NCBI GenBank assembly: GCA_016282815.1
Contig: JAEELU010000107.1
Span: forward strand, 1-33,270
From: Acholeplasmatales bacterium
GTDB taxonomy: Bacteria; Bacillota_I; Bacilli_A; Acholeplasmatales; Anaeroplasmataceae
Direction: 5' to 3'
Length of the DNA stretch: 33,270 nucleotides
Shown here: positions 18,360 to 28,495 of the stretch, piece after piece
Layout: every line of letters begins with the position of its first letter
Position numbering within the stretch: the first letter of the stretch is position 1
Position numbers and translations under genes: made by a program
Notes under the pieces: generated by a model
What the model was told of the DNA's origin: nothing
What the model saw: only the letters and a program-made list of their open reading frames with translations
The model's database searches: none

Positions 18360-20198
18360 GTGATTGATTTATACTCTATCAAGGATCCATCATTTATAAA
18401 AGACCTATCAATAAAGGAGCTTAAGGAGCTAGCTAAGGAAATTAGAATCTTCTTAATTGAAAATATATCTAAAACTGGTGGTCATTTAAGTAGTAACTTA
18501 GGTGTTGTAGAAATAACAATAGCTATGTATTACGTATTTGACCCTGAAAAGGATAAATTCCTATTTGATGTTGGTCATCAGTCATATGTACATAAGATTC
18601 TTACAGGAAGAGCTAAGGATTTTACTACATTAAGACAATATGGTGGTCTAAGTGGATATATTAATAAAAGTGAATCAAAATATGACGTATGGGAATCAGG
18701 ACATTCTTCAACATCAATCTCAGCTATGAGTGGTATCCTAAAATCTGATAACAGTAATTTAAGGGTTGTATCACTAATAGGTGATAGCTCAATAATGAAT
18801 GGTGTTGCGTTAGAGGGACTAAATTATTTAGGTCAAACTAATGATAAAAGAGCTATCATTATTTTAAATGATAATAAAATGGGAATTTCAAAGTCTGTTG
18901 GTGCCCTATCACACGCATTTAATAAGCTAAGAGGTACTGCCTTAAATAGAGGTATAAAAAAGGTATTAACCACAATATTACCAAAAAGAATTGTTCATAC
19001 CTTCCACCAATTTAAGCGTGGTATAAAAGGCTTCTTCCAGCAGGATAATATATTTGAGGATATGGGCTTTGATTATTATGGACCATATGATGGACATGAT
19101 ATCAAAAGCTTAATTAAGCTTTTAAAGAGAATAAAGGAGGCTAAAAGCCCTGTAGTATTACACCTACAAACAATTAAGGGTAAGGGCTATAAGCCAAGTG
19201 AAGAGGACAAGAAAGGTAATTTCCATGGTGTTCCTCCATTTGATATTGAAACAGGAAAGCCACTTAATAAGAATGAAAATAAGATTTCTTATTCTAGAAT
19301 GGTTGGTAATTTCCTAATTGAAAAAAGAAAGAATACAGACTTTACTGTTATAACTCCAGCTATGAAGGAGGGTGCTAAGCTTGACGGCTTTGCGGAATTA
19401 TACCCTAATGATTTCATAGATGTAGGTATTGCAGAGGAGCACGCTGCCGTAATGAGTGCAGGTATTGCCCTATCAAATAAGAATGTAGTATTAATTATGT
19501 ATTCTACATTTGCTCAAAGAGCATATGATGAATTGTTAAATGATATCGCAAGACAAAATTTACATGTTATAGTTGGCATCGATAGAGCAGGCTTAGTCGG
19601 TGAGGATGGAACTACCCATCATGGCCTATATGATATCAGCATGTTTAATTCTATGCCTAATTTCTATTTAGCAATGCCAAAGGATGAGCAGGAGCTAATT
19701 GGAATATTTAATTATGCATTCACAATTAAAAATCCTATCGCGATCCGTTATCCTAGATGTAGTGATGATATAGCTAGCGTTGATTATTCATATACAGTAG
19801 ATAATAGCTGGGATATGCTAAGAGACGGAGAGAACATAGTAATTATTGCCTACGGAGCTAAATTAAAATATTTAGAAAAATACATCAAGGAATCTAATAA
19901 GAATATTGGATTATGTAATGCAAGATTTATAAGACCTATGGATACTAATATGCTTGATAATTTATTTAATAAATATAAGCATATAATAGTAGTAGAAACT
20001 GTAATACAATCAGGCTCATTATATGAGAAGATACTAGATTATAAGGAATCTAAGCAGTATAAATCTAGAGTATATAAGCATTTATTTAATGATGATTCAA
20101 TTATTCCACACGGAAGCTTAAATGATTTATATAATCATTATGGCTTTGGTGTAGATGATTTCAATAATGTTATAAAAGAGGTGGAAAATAATGATTAG
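18360..20198 (+). CDS. dxs: 1-deoxy-D-xylulose-5-phosphate synthase
   Basis: GGHLSSNLG, FDVGHQSYVHKILTGR, GHSSTSIS, ILNDN, DVGIAEEHA, YSTFAQRAYD and GEDGTTHHG; GTG start. Confidence 0.95.
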   Translation: MIDLYSIKDPSFIKDLSIKELKELAKEIRIFLIENISKTGGHLSSNLGVVEITIAMYYVFDPEKDKFLFDVGHQSYVHKILTGRAKDFTTLRQYGGLSGYINKSESKYDVWESGHSSTSISAMSGILKSDNSNLRVVSLIGDSSIMNGVALEGLNYLGQTNDKRAIIILNDNKMGISKSVGALSHAFNKLRGTALNRGIKKVLTTILPKRIVHTFHQFKRGIKGFFQQDNIFEDMGFDYYGPYDGHDIKSLIKLLKRIKEAKSPVVLHLQTIKGKGYKPSEEDKKGNFHGVPPFDIETGKPLNKNENKISYSRMVGNFLIEKRKNTDFTVITPAMKEGAKLDGFAELYPNDFIDVGIAEEHAAVMSAGIALSNKNVVLIMYSTFAQRAYDELLNDIARQNLHVIVGIDRAGLVGEDGTTHHGLYDISMFNSMPNFYLAMPKDEQELIGIFNYAFTIKNPIAIRYPRCSDDIASVDYSYTVDNSWDMLRDGENIVIIAYGAKLKYLEKYIKESNKNIGLCNARFIRPMDTNMLDNLFNKYKHIIVVETVIQSGSLYEKILDYKESKQYKSRVYKHLFNDDSIIPHGSLNDLYNHYGFGVDDFNNVIKEVENND

Positions 20199-20703
20199 GA
20201 AAGCAACTCTTTTAGATATTAAGGAAATAATGGAATGTGTTGAGGATGCGAGATTCTATCTTAAGCAATCAGGCTCTAAGCAATGGAATGGTGATGATGG
20301 ATATCCATCTAAGGATGATCTTTTAAAGGATATCATCAATGGGATATGCTACGTATATATCATGGATGATAGAGTAGTAGGTGTCTGTGCATATGATGGT
20401 ATAGAACCAGAATATGATGATATATTTGGAAATTGGATAACTGATACTAATGATTATATTACTATACATAGAATCTGTACAAAGGAAGAATATAGGGGTA
20501 GAGGTGTCGCTAAGAATCTAATGATTTACGCAGAAGGCTATGCTAAATCAATAAATAAGAAATCAATTAGAATTGATACACACCCTAAAAACCTTGCCGT
20601 TCAGCATATAGCTTTAAAGCTTGGATATACTCTATGTGGCTATGTAATGTATCATAGAATTAAGGATGAACCTAAAAGATTAATATACGAAAAAATAGTA
20701 TAA
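20191..20703 (+). CDS. GNAT family N-acetyltransferase
   Basis: IHRICT...YRGRGVA acetyl-CoA motif and RIDTHPKN; overlaps the dxs stop. Confidence 0.88.
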   Translation: MIRKATLLDIKEIMECVEDARFYLKQSGSKQWNGDDGYPSKDDLLKDIINGICYVYIMDDRVVGVCAYDGIEPEYDDIFGNWITDTNDYITIHRICTKEEYRGRGVAKNLMIYAEGYAKSINKKSIRIDTHPKNLAVQHIALKLGYTLCGYVMYHRIKDEPKRLIYEKIV

Positions 20704-20739
20704 AAATGATAAGTAGTAGAATTTATCATTTTTATTTTT
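20701..20739 (+). terminator. Weak AT-rich hairpin, possible terminator
   Basis: TAAAAATGATAA (20701-20712) pairs with TTATCATTTTTA (20723-20734), followed by TTTTT. Confidence 0.5.
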
Positions 20740-20751
20740 AAGGAGAAAAAC

Positions 20752-21348
20752 ATGAAAAAGATAATTTATATACATGGTCTTGGTGGAGCAAAAGAAACAT
20801 CTCATACATATTCAACAATTAAAAAAAATATGAAAGATGTTAATGTATTATCACCAGAGGTACCTCATAATCCATTAAAGGCTCTAAAGTGGATAGATGA
20901 ATATTTAAATGAAGAAAAACCAGATTTAGTTATTGGTATGTCTATGGGTGGTTTTGTTACTTTATGTAATAATAAAAATATAAATACATTAGTTATTAAT
21001 CCTGCAATGAATGGATATGAGGATATTATTAATGCCTTTGGAATGAATTATAAAGGAGAATTCGATCCTGGAAGAAGTGACGGGAAGAAAGAATTTATAT
21101 TAGACAAAGAATATTATAATGACTTAAAAATAGCAACAAAAAAATATAATGATTTAATTGAAAATAATAAAATAAATATTAAGAACATTAGGGGAGTATT
21201 TTCCAAAAATGATGAATATTTTCATCATAAGATAGACTATGAAAGGCTTTATAATGATAAATGTGTGTTAATAGATGATATGCATAGCTTAAATGATGAT
21301 TCTATTATTAAATATGTTATTCCTTACATTAATGAATTATTGAAATAG
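20752..21348 (+). CDS. YqiA/YcfP-family alpha/beta-fold esterase
   Basis: YIHGLGG, nucleophile elbow GMSMGG, INPA, and C-terminal Asp/His candidates. Confidence 0.8.
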   Translation: MKKIIYIHGLGGAKETSHTYSTIKKNMKDVNVLSPEVPHNPLKALKWIDEYLNEEKPDLVIGMSMGGFVTLCNNKNINTLVINPAMNGYEDIINAFGMNYKGEFDPGRSDGKKEFILDKEYYNDLKIATKKYNDLIENNKINIKNIRGVFSKNDEYFHHKIDYERLYNDKCVLIDDMHSLNDDSIIKYVIPYINELLK

Positions 21349-21360
21349 GAGCCTAAATAT

Positions 21361-21939
21361 ATGATAAAAACAAAGGAAGATTTAAAATTCTATATGGAAC
21401 AGGATAGGCTTAATTTACATCAAACTAGGCTTAAGCCTAAATGGAATGATGAGGTATGGAAATATGAAATTATTCTTCGTAAGCATGAATATTATCATAA
21501 CAAGGATAAAAAGGGCTTAATAGGAAGAATATTATTAAGGCATTATTCTCGTAAGCATCATAAATGGAGTATGAAATATACAACTAGTGTACCAATTAAT
21601 GTATGTGGTCCTGGCTTATCTATCGGTCATTTTGGAGCCTTATATATTAATAGTAAGGCTAAAATCGGTGCTAATTTCAGAGTTCAATCTGGTGTTACAG
21701 TTGGTGGCTCATCAACTACTCCAAATGAATTCCCAGTTATTGGAGATAATGTTTATGTAGGAACTGGTGCTAAAATATTAGGTGGAGTAAAAATCGCAAA
21801 TAATGTTGCTATAGGTGCAAACGCAGTAGTAGTAAAGGATATATTAGAGCCTAAAACTACACATGCTGGAGTACCTGCAAAAAAGATAAGTGATCATACA
21901 TCAGAATTTTATATAGATAAAAGGGTTTATAGAGAATGA
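21361..21939 (+). CDS. Serine-acetyltransferase-like hexapeptide-repeat acetyltransferase
   Basis: GPGLSIGHFG, IGDNVYVGTGAKILGGVKIANNVAIGANAVVVKD and GVPAK. It resembles the short polysaccharide-associated type more than a canonical CysE. Confidence 0.8.
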   Translation: MIKTKEDLKFYMEQDRLNLHQTRLKPKWNDEVWKYEIILRKHEYYHNKDKKGLIGRILLRHYSRKHHKWSMKYTTSVPINVCGPGLSIGHFGALYINSKAKIGANFRVQSGVTVGGSSTTPNEFPVIGDNVYVGTGAKILGGVKIANNVAIGANAVVVKDILEPKTTHAGVPAKKISDHTSEFYIDKRVYRE

Positions 21940-22580
21940 AGGCAGTAATATTTGATATGGATGGTGTTATTTTTGATACTGAAAATGTATGGAAGAGAGC
22001 ACTAGAAATTGCAAGCAAAAAATTTAATTTAGATTTAGATGATGAATATAGAATATCTGTATGTGGTAAAAATGAGGATCTAATAAGAAAAGAGCTAAGA
22101 GAAAGATTTCCTGATTTAGATATAAATTCATATAGAGATTATATTCATAAGCTAGTAAATGATAGTATCTATAATGGTGAATATGATGTTAAGCCATACT
22201 TTTTAGATTTAGTAGCTTATCTAAAGAAAAATAATTATAAAATTGCTTTAGCAACATCATCATCTAAGACTAAGGCAGAAATTACATTTAAAAACAAAAA
22301 TATAGATATAAATATTTTTGATACAGCAGTCTTTGGAGATGATGTAGGTAAGCTTGGTAAACCTAATCCATTTATATTTAATCTAGCGGCCAAAAGATTA
22401 AATATAACTAATGAGGAATGCTACGTAATCGAGGATTCAATAAATGGCTTAATGGCGGCCGTAAATGGAAATTTCACACCTATTATGGTTATAGATTTAA
22501 CACCTCCAAATGATTATATTAGAGAAAATGTTAAATATATTTTTAATAGTCTAAATGATGTTAAAAATCTAATAAAATAA
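21936..22580 (+). CDS. HAD-superfamily hydrolase (beta-PGM/CbbY-like)
   Basis: FDMDGVIFDTE, ATSS, GKPNP and IEDSING; ATGA overlap with the upstream gene. Confidence 0.9.
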   Translation: MKAVIFDMDGVIFDTENVWKRALEIASKKFNLDLDDEYRISVCGKNEDLIRKELRERFPDLDINSYRDYIHKLVNDSIYNGEYDVKPYFLDLVAYLKKNNYKIALATSSSKTKAEITFKNKNIDINIFDTAVFGDDVGKLGKPNPFIFNLAAKRLNITNEECYVIEDSINGLMAAVNGNFTPIMVIDLTPPNDYIRENVKYIFNSLNDVKNLIK

Positions 22581-22618
22581 TAAAATTCCACGTATAATTT
22601 TTCGTGGATTTTTATTTT
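22579..22618 (+). terminator. Probable intrinsic terminator after the HAD gene
   Basis: AAAATTCCACG-N10-CGTGGATTTTT followed by ATTTT. Confidence 0.65.
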
Positions 22619-22652
22619 GTTTAATAAGTATAAAAAAATGCTCGGTTTTTAC

Positions 22653-22681
22653 TTGTCTTTTTTGACTTATTATTATATAAT
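22653..22681 (+). promoter_or_regulatory. SigA-type promoter of the glyQS-dnaG-rpoD-trmK unit
   Basis: TTGTCT (22653-22658), 17 bp spacer, TATAAT (22676-22681). Confidence 0.65.
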
Positions 22682-22715
22682 AATAAAATCGAGGGTTCTC
22701 GATTGGAGGGATATT

Positions 22716-24095
22716 ATGCAGAAGATAACATTAGAAGGTTTAGTAGGATTTTTAAAGGAGCAGGGCTTTGTATTTCAGGGCTCAGAAATCTATGGTGGAC
22801 TTGCCAATGCATGGGATTATGGTCCTTTAGGAGTAGAATTAAAAAATAACATAAAAAAAGAATGGTGGAAGAAGTTTGTTCAACAAAATAAGTACAATGT
22901 TGGACTAGACGCTGCTATATTAATGAATAAAGAGGTATGGGTTGCCTCTGGTCATATTGGTTCATTCAGTGATCCACTTGTTGACTGTAAGAAGTGTCAT
23001 TCTAGATTTAGAGCTGATAAGCTAATTGAGGATTTTACTCATGGTGCTAAAACAGGAGACGGTATGTCAAATGAGGAATTAACAAAATTCTTAAATGACA
23101 ACAAGATTGTATGTCCTACATGTGGAGCTTTAGATTATACAGATATTAGACAATTCAATTTAATGTTTAAGACTCATATGGGAGTTATTGAGGATGCAAA
23201 GGCTGAGGTTTATTTAAGACCTGAAACAGCACAGGGTATTTTCGTTAACTTCAAGAATGTACAAAGAACAACAAGAAAGAAGCTTCCATTTGGTATTGGT
23301 CAAATCGGTAAGAGCTTTAGAAATGAAATTACTCCAGGTAACTTCATATTTAGAACAAGAGAATTTGAGCAAATGGAGCTAGAATTCTTCTGTAAGCCTG
23401 GTACTGAGCTTGAGTGGTTTGATTACTGGAGAAGCTATTGTATGAAGTTCTTAGTTTCAATCGGTGTTGATGAGAAGAAGCTAAGATTTAGAGATCATGA
23501 TAAGAAGGAATTATCTTTCTATTCAAATGCAACAACTGATATCGAATTTGAATTCCCTTGGGGATTTGGTGAATTATGGGGTATCGCCTCAAGAACTAAT
23601 TATGATTTAAATGCTCACCAAAATCATTCAAAGGAAAACCTTGAATATCTTGACCCAGAGGATAATACAAAATATTTACCATATGTTGTAGAACCATCTG
23701 TAGGTGTTGAAAGAATGTTACTTTCAGTATTATTCAGTGCATATGATGAGGAAACTGATGATAAGGGACAAATTAGAACTGTTCTACGCTTATCACCAAA
23801 GCTTGCACCATACAAGGCTGCAATTCTACCTTTAATCAAGAAGAATCATGCTGAGCGTGCAAATGAAATATTTGATGAGCTATCTAAGTATTTCACAGTA
23901 ACATATGATGAAACTGCGAATATCGGTAAGAGATATCGTAGAGAGGATGCTATCGGTACTCCATACTGTATCACAGTTGATGATGAAACATTAAACAACA
24001 ACACAGTTACTGTAAGAGATAGAGATACTATGGCTCAGGATGTAGTTAAGGTAGAGGATTTAGTAAATTATCTAAACAATAAAATAAATTTATAA
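22716..24095 (+). CDS. glyQS: Glycine--tRNA ligase, alpha2 homodimeric type
   Basis: SEIYGGL, DYGPLG, LRPETAQGIF, GKSFRNEITP, FRTREFEQME and IGKRYRR. The start is reassigned to the ATG at 22716 after a GGAGG SD; the track start at 22617 runs through the promoter. Confidence 0.96.
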   Translation: MQKITLEGLVGFLKEQGFVFQGSEIYGGLANAWDYGPLGVELKNNIKKEWWKKFVQQNKYNVGLDAAILMNKEVWVASGHIGSFSDPLVDCKKCHSRFRADKLIEDFTHGAKTGDGMSNEELTKFLNDNKIVCPTCGALDYTDIRQFNLMFKTHMGVIEDAKAEVYLRPETAQGIFVNFKNVQRTTRKKLPFGIGQIGKSFRNEITPGNFIFRTREFEQMELEFFCKPGTELEWFDYWRSYCMKFLVSIGVDEKKLRFRDHDKKELSFYSNATTDIEFEFPWGFGELWGIASRTNYDLNAHQNHSKENLEYLDPEDNTKYLPYVVEPSVGVERMLLSVLFSAYDEETDDKGQIRTVLRLSPKLAPYKAAILPLIKKNHAERANEIFDELSKYFTVTYDETANIGKRYRREDAIGTPYCITVDDETLNNNTVTVRDRDTMAQDVVKVEDLVNYLNNKINL

Positions 24096-24110
24096 TTGGA
24101 GGAATGTATT

Positions 24111-25880
24111 TTGACACAAGATGAAATAAATAATCTAAATGAACAAACCGATATTGTTTCACTTGTTTCAAAGTACGTAAAGCTTGAAAAGCAAGGAAAA
24201 AACTATAAAGGTTTATGTCCATTCCATAATGAGAAGACAGGCTCATTTATTGTTTCTCCAGATAAAAATATATTTACCTGCTTCGGTTGCCACAAATCTG
24301 GTAATCCGCTTAAATTCATAGAGCTAATCGAAAATGTAGAATTTCCTGATGCTCTAAAAATGCTATGTGATTTTAATGGAGTTAAATACGAAGGTAGAAA
24401 GACACAAGAAAATCCAAATTCAAAATATTACAAAATAATGGATACGGCTAAGAGCTTTTACAATAAATTTCTTTTAAATGATAAAAGCGCTGATAAAGCC
24501 CTCGAATATTTAAAATCTCGTGGAATCACAGATGATATAATAAATGATTTTGAAATTGGTTTATCACCAAATTCATATGATGTATTATATCAGGTATTAA
24601 ATGATATGAATTATAACGAGCTTGATTCATCCGATATCGGATTGATAAGCTCGAATGAAAAGGGTAAATATCATGATTTCTTCGTTAATAGAATTATGTT
24701 CCCAGTTAAGGATGATAGAGGAAATGTAGTAGCCTTTAGTGCTAGAAAGTTCTATAACGATGATCCAGCCCAGCCAAAGTATATAAATACTAAGGAAACT
24801 AGAATATATAGAAAAAATCAAATATTATTTAATTTAAATCTTGCAAAGCAGGAAATAAATAAAAAGCATAGAGTAATACTCCATGAGGGTCAAATGGATG
24901 TTATCGCAAGCTATAAATCAGGCTTAAAGGAAGCTGTGTGTAGTTTAGGATCAGCATTCGGAGATGATCAAGCAAAGCTTTTAGCTAAATATACCAAAAG
25001 TGTAATAATCGCCTACGATGGTGATGATCCTGGTGTTAAATCAGCTATAAAGGCAATTGAAGTATTTAAAAGAAATGGCTTTGATGTTCATTTAGTTTTA
25101 TATCCAGATAATATGGACCCTGATGAGTTTGTATTAAAATATGGAAAAGAAAAATATGTTGAGTTTTTTGAAAATAATATCATCGATGAGGTTGAATATT
25201 TATTTAGAGTAACTATATTAAATAAGAACCTTGATGATAAAAATGTACTCAACAAGGTTAAATCTGACGTATTTAATCTAATTTCATCATTAAATAGTCC
25301 AATTTTAGAGGAAAAATATTTAAAAAGATTTAGTGATTATCTAAAGGCCTCATACGAGGCAGTATATGAGGATTACCAAAAGCAATCAAAAAACAATGGT
25401 AATCAAAAGGTAATAGTCAAGGAAGTAGATCCTACAAAGGATTTAAACAAGGAATGTGAGCTAAGGCTTATCTATTATGCAACTAAATCAAAAAAGCTAG
25501 CATTAGAAATTAATGAAAAAATTAATAATGATTTAGATGTATTTAGTGAGAGTAGCCTACATTTATGGTTTTCACTTCTATATAACTATTACGAGGAATA
25601 TGATGAATTTGATGAAAAATTATTTTTAAACCTAATACCTGAAAATGACTTTAATCAGTATAAGCACCTAAATTTAGTTTTAGGTAAATCACTTAATAAG
25701 ACATTTGATGAGGAAGACCTAAATAAATGCATAGAGAAGATTAAGGATATGAAGATAAGCTTAAGGAATAAGGTACTTCGAGATCGAATTCTAGCCTCAA
25801 GTGATGATACTGAGAGAAGCAGAAATATAGATGAGATGTTTAAAAATAAAAGAAATAGAGAAAAACGTGCACACAATTAG
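24111..25880 (+). CDS. dnaG: DNA primase
   Basis: Zinc finger CPFH...CFGC, RIMFP, KYINT, and TOPRIM motifs EGQMDV and YDGD. The likely start is the TTG at 24111, 8 nt after GGAGG (track gives 24096). Confidence 0.95.
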   Translation: MTQDEINNLNEQTDIVSLVSKYVKLEKQGKNYKGLCPFHNEKTGSFIVSPDKNIFTCFGCHKSGNPLKFIELIENVEFPDALKMLCDFNGVKYEGRKTQENPNSKYYKIMDTAKSFYNKFLLNDKSADKALEYLKSRGITDDIINDFEIGLSPNSYDVLYQVLNDMNYNELDSSDIGLISSNEKGKYHDFFVNRIMFPVKDDRGNVVAFSARKFYNDDPAQPKYINTKETRIYRKNQILFNLNLAKQEINKKHRVILHEGQMDVIASYKSGLKEAVCSLGSAFGDDQAKLLAKYTKSVIIAYDGDDPGVKSAIKAIEVFKRNGFDVHLVLYPDNMDPDEFVLKYGKEKYVEFFENNIIDEVEYLFRVTILNKNLDDKNVLNKVKSDVFNLISSLNSPILEEKYLKRFSDYLKASYEAVYEDYQKQSKNNGNQKVIVKEVDPTKDLNKECELRLIYYATKSKKLALEINEKINNDLDVFSESSLHLWFSLLYNYYEEYDEFDEKLFLNLIPENDFNQYKHLNLVLGKSLNKTFDEEDLNKCIEKIKDMKISLRNKVLRDRILASSDDTERSRNIDEMFKNKRNREKRAHN

Positions 25881-25890
25881 GAGGAAATGT

Positions 25891-27090
25891 ATGAATTTCG
25901 ATGATGCAGTTAAGGAACTAGTAGAATTAAGTAAGGCAAACAACAACACAGTATATTCAAATGATATTTTGAAATATTGTGATGAAGAGGCTACAGACTA
26001 TGAGAAGTATGTAGATGCTTTAGTCAATTTAGAAATAGATGTTGTTCCTTCTTCAACAACAAATGAAGAGGATGATGATCTTGACAATATTGATGAGCCA
26101 AACTTAAGTGATGTAGAGGAAATAGATATTTCTACATACGATCAATTACCTTCATCAATTAAGGTAGATGACCCAGTTAGAATGTATCTTAAGGATATCG
26201 GTAAAATACCTCTATTATCACTTGATGAGGAAACCCAGCTTGCTAAGGATGTTGTTGAGGGTAGAAATGCACAGGAGCTAATCGATAAGATTAACGATGG
26301 CGAGGATAGTAGTATTTCAAAGGAAGAATACGAGGAGCTAGAGGCTAAGGTTGCTAAGGCTCATTATGCAAAGGATAAGCTTGTTAATGCTAACCTAAGA
26401 TTAGTTGTATCTATCGCTAAGAGATATCTATCTCGTGGTTTACAATTCCTTGATTTAATTCAAGAGGGTAACATGGGATTAATTAAGGCAGTAGATAAAT
26501 TCGACCATAGAAAGGGATTTAAGTTCTCTACATACGCTACATGGTGGATTAGACAGGCTATTACAAGAGCAGTAGCTGATCAAGCAAGAACAATTCGTAT
26601 CCCAGTTCATATGGTTGAAACAATCAATAAGCTTGTTAGAGTTCAACGTCAGCTAGTACAGGAATTATCTCGTGAGCCATCTCCTGAGGAGGTTGCAGAA
26701 AGAATGGAAATTTCTGTAGAGAAGGTACATCAAATTCAAAGAATTGCTCAAGAGCCAATTTCTTTAGAGGCTCCAGTTGGTGAGGAGGAGGATTCATCTT
26801 TAGGTGATTTCATTTCTGACCCACATGCACTAGATCCATATGAGTATACAGCTAAGATGAAGCTTAGAGAAGAGCTTAATGAGGTTTTAGATACTTTAAC
26901 AGAAAGAGAAAAAAGAGTCTTAATTCTAAGATTCGGTCTTCAGGACGGGAGAGTCAGAACATTAGAGGAAGTTGGTAAGGAATTTAATGTTACTCGTGAA
27001 AGAATCCGTCAGATAGAGGCTAAGGCTTTAAGAAAGCTTAAGCATCCATCAAGAAGTAAGAAGCTTAAGGATTTTATGACAAGTCATTAA
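25891..27090 (+). CDS. rpoD: RNA polymerase primary sigma factor (SigA/RpoD)
   Basis: [50 protein letters not shown] and [13 protein letters not shown]. The start is reassigned to the ATG at 25891 after AGGAGG. Confidence 0.98.
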   Translation: MNFDDAVKELVELSKANNNTVYSNDILKYCDEEATDYEKYVDALVNLEIDVVPSSTTNEEDDDLDNIDEPNLSDVEEIDISTYDQLPSSIKVDDPVRMYLKDIGKIPLLSLDEETQLAKDVVEGRNAQELIDKINDGEDSSISKEEYEELEAKVAKAHYAKDKLVNANLRLVVSIAKRYLSRGLQFLDLIQEGNMGLIKAVDKFDHRKGFKFSTYATWWIRQAITRAVADQARTIRIPVHMVETINKLVRVQRQLVQELSREPSPEEVAERMEISVEKVHQIQRIAQEPISLEAPVGEEEDSSLGDFISDPHALDPYEYTAKMKLREELNEVLDTLTEREKRVLILRFGLQDGRVRTLEEVGKEFNVTRERIRQIEAKALRKLKHPSRSKKLKDFMTSH

Positions 27091-27092
27091 TT

Positions 27093-28487
27093 ATGGATAG
27101 AATAGAATTAATTGCAAGCCTAGCACATGATAGTAATCTATTATGTGATATCGGATGTGACCACGCGTTAACTACAATTACTGCAATAAAAAGGTATAAC
27201 GTTAAGCATGCAATCGCCTCTGATATTAATGACGGACCTCTAGAGAATGCCAATAAAAATATTATTTTAAATAATGTAGAAAAATATGTTGATGTTGTTA
27301 AATCTGATGGATTAAAAAATATCAATTCTAAATTTGATACATTAATAATATCTGGTATGGGTGGATTATTAATTAAATCTATCCTAGAAGAGGGATTAGA
27401 AAAATTAAATAATGCTAAAATTATTATTGAGGCTAACAATGATTCATATGAGGTAAGAAGTTTTCTTACCTCTAATAATCATATTATTACTGATGAGTAT
27501 GCAATCATTGATAGTAATAAGTATTACGAAATAATAGTTTTTGAGAAAGGTCAATATTCGTATCCTGGCTTTAGCCTAAGATATGGTCCAATATTATTAA
27601 AAAAGCAGGATAAGGTGTTTATTGATCATTATAAAAAGGAACTAGAAAAGCTAGAAGGCTATTTACCTAATATTACTGATACAATATTAAAGGATGAAAA
27701 GCTTGTTTTAAGAAATGATTATCTAAAGATAATAAGTGGTGATAATAAGGAAATGATTAGTATTTTAAATACTGATAATTATTACCGTGAATATTTTATA
27801 GATGATAAAAAAAGACCTACAATTATTATTTCAGCTGGTGGTGGATATAAATATACATCACCAAGAGAATCTGAGCCTGTAGCGAGATTTTATAATAACC
27901 ATGGATATCATGCGATTATTGTTAATTATCGTGAAACAATGGATGTATATCCATTACCTCAAAAATATTTAGCATATGTAATTAATAAATTTGAAAATGA
28001 TAATAGAGTATCTAAAATAATAGGCTTAGGCTTTAGTGCTGGTGGTCACAATATCTTAGAGGTAGCACTACACCCTGATATTTATAATGCAAGAATTGAT
28101 TTATTGATGCTTGCCTATCCTGTAGTTACTGCAAATTCTAGATATTGGCACAAAGGCTCATATCAAAATTTATTAAATAATAATTTAAATGATGAAATCT
28201 TAAAAAGATTATCTCTTGAAAATGAAGTAACTGAAAAGGCACCTGATTTATTCCTTTGGGGTACTATAACTGATGAATCAGTTCATGTGATGAATTCATT
28301 ACTTTTAGTAGAAGCATATAAAGCACATAACTGTAATGTTGAATATCATTTATTCCCTATGGGTGGACATGGACTTTCACTTGCAAATAGTGAAACATCT
28401 TGTGGTGATAAGAATAAGGAAATTCCTTGTGTTTCTAAATGGAAGGAATTATCAATTGAATGGCTAGAATTGAAATTAAATAGCTAG
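27093..28487 (+). CDS. trmK: Fusion protein: tRNA (adenine22-N1)-methyltransferase TrmK plus C-terminal alpha/beta hydrolase (esterase/lipase)
   Basis: aa 1-~215: CDIGCDHA, SDINDGPL, SDGL, ISGMGG, in the canonical position after rpoD. aa ~221-464: AGGGY, GFSAGGH, DESV and GGHG. No stop codon separates the two parts. Confidence 0.85.
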   Translation: MDRIELIASLAHDSNLLCDIGCDHALTTITAIKRYNVKHAIASDINDGPLENANKNIILNNVEKYVDVVKSDGLKNINSKFDTLIISGMGGLLIKSILEEGLEKLNNAKIIIEANNDSYEVRSFLTSNNHIITDEYAIIDSNKYYEIIVFEKGQYSYPGFSLRYGPILLKKQDKVFIDHYKKELEKLEGYLPNITDTILKDEKLVLRNDYLKIISGDNKEMISILNTDNYYREYFIDDKKRPTIIISAGGGYKYTSPRESEPVARFYNNHGYHAIIVNYRETMDVYPLPQKYLAYVINKFENDNRVSKIIGLGFSAGGHNILEVALHPDIYNARIDLLMLAYPVVTANSRYWHKGSYQNLLNNNLNDEILKRLSLENEVTEKAPDLFLWGTITDESVHVMNSLLLVEAYKAHNCNVEYHLFPMGGHGLSLANSETSCGDKNKEIPCVSKWKELSIEWLELKLNS

Positions 28488-28495
28488 AGGTTAAT

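Noticed and set aside
22617-22715. N-terminal extensions in the ORF track for glyQS (also rpoD 25831-25890 and dnaG 24096-24110)
   Set aside because: Better starts with proper SD spacing lie downstream, and the extensions run through promoter sequence, an SD or the upstream gene.
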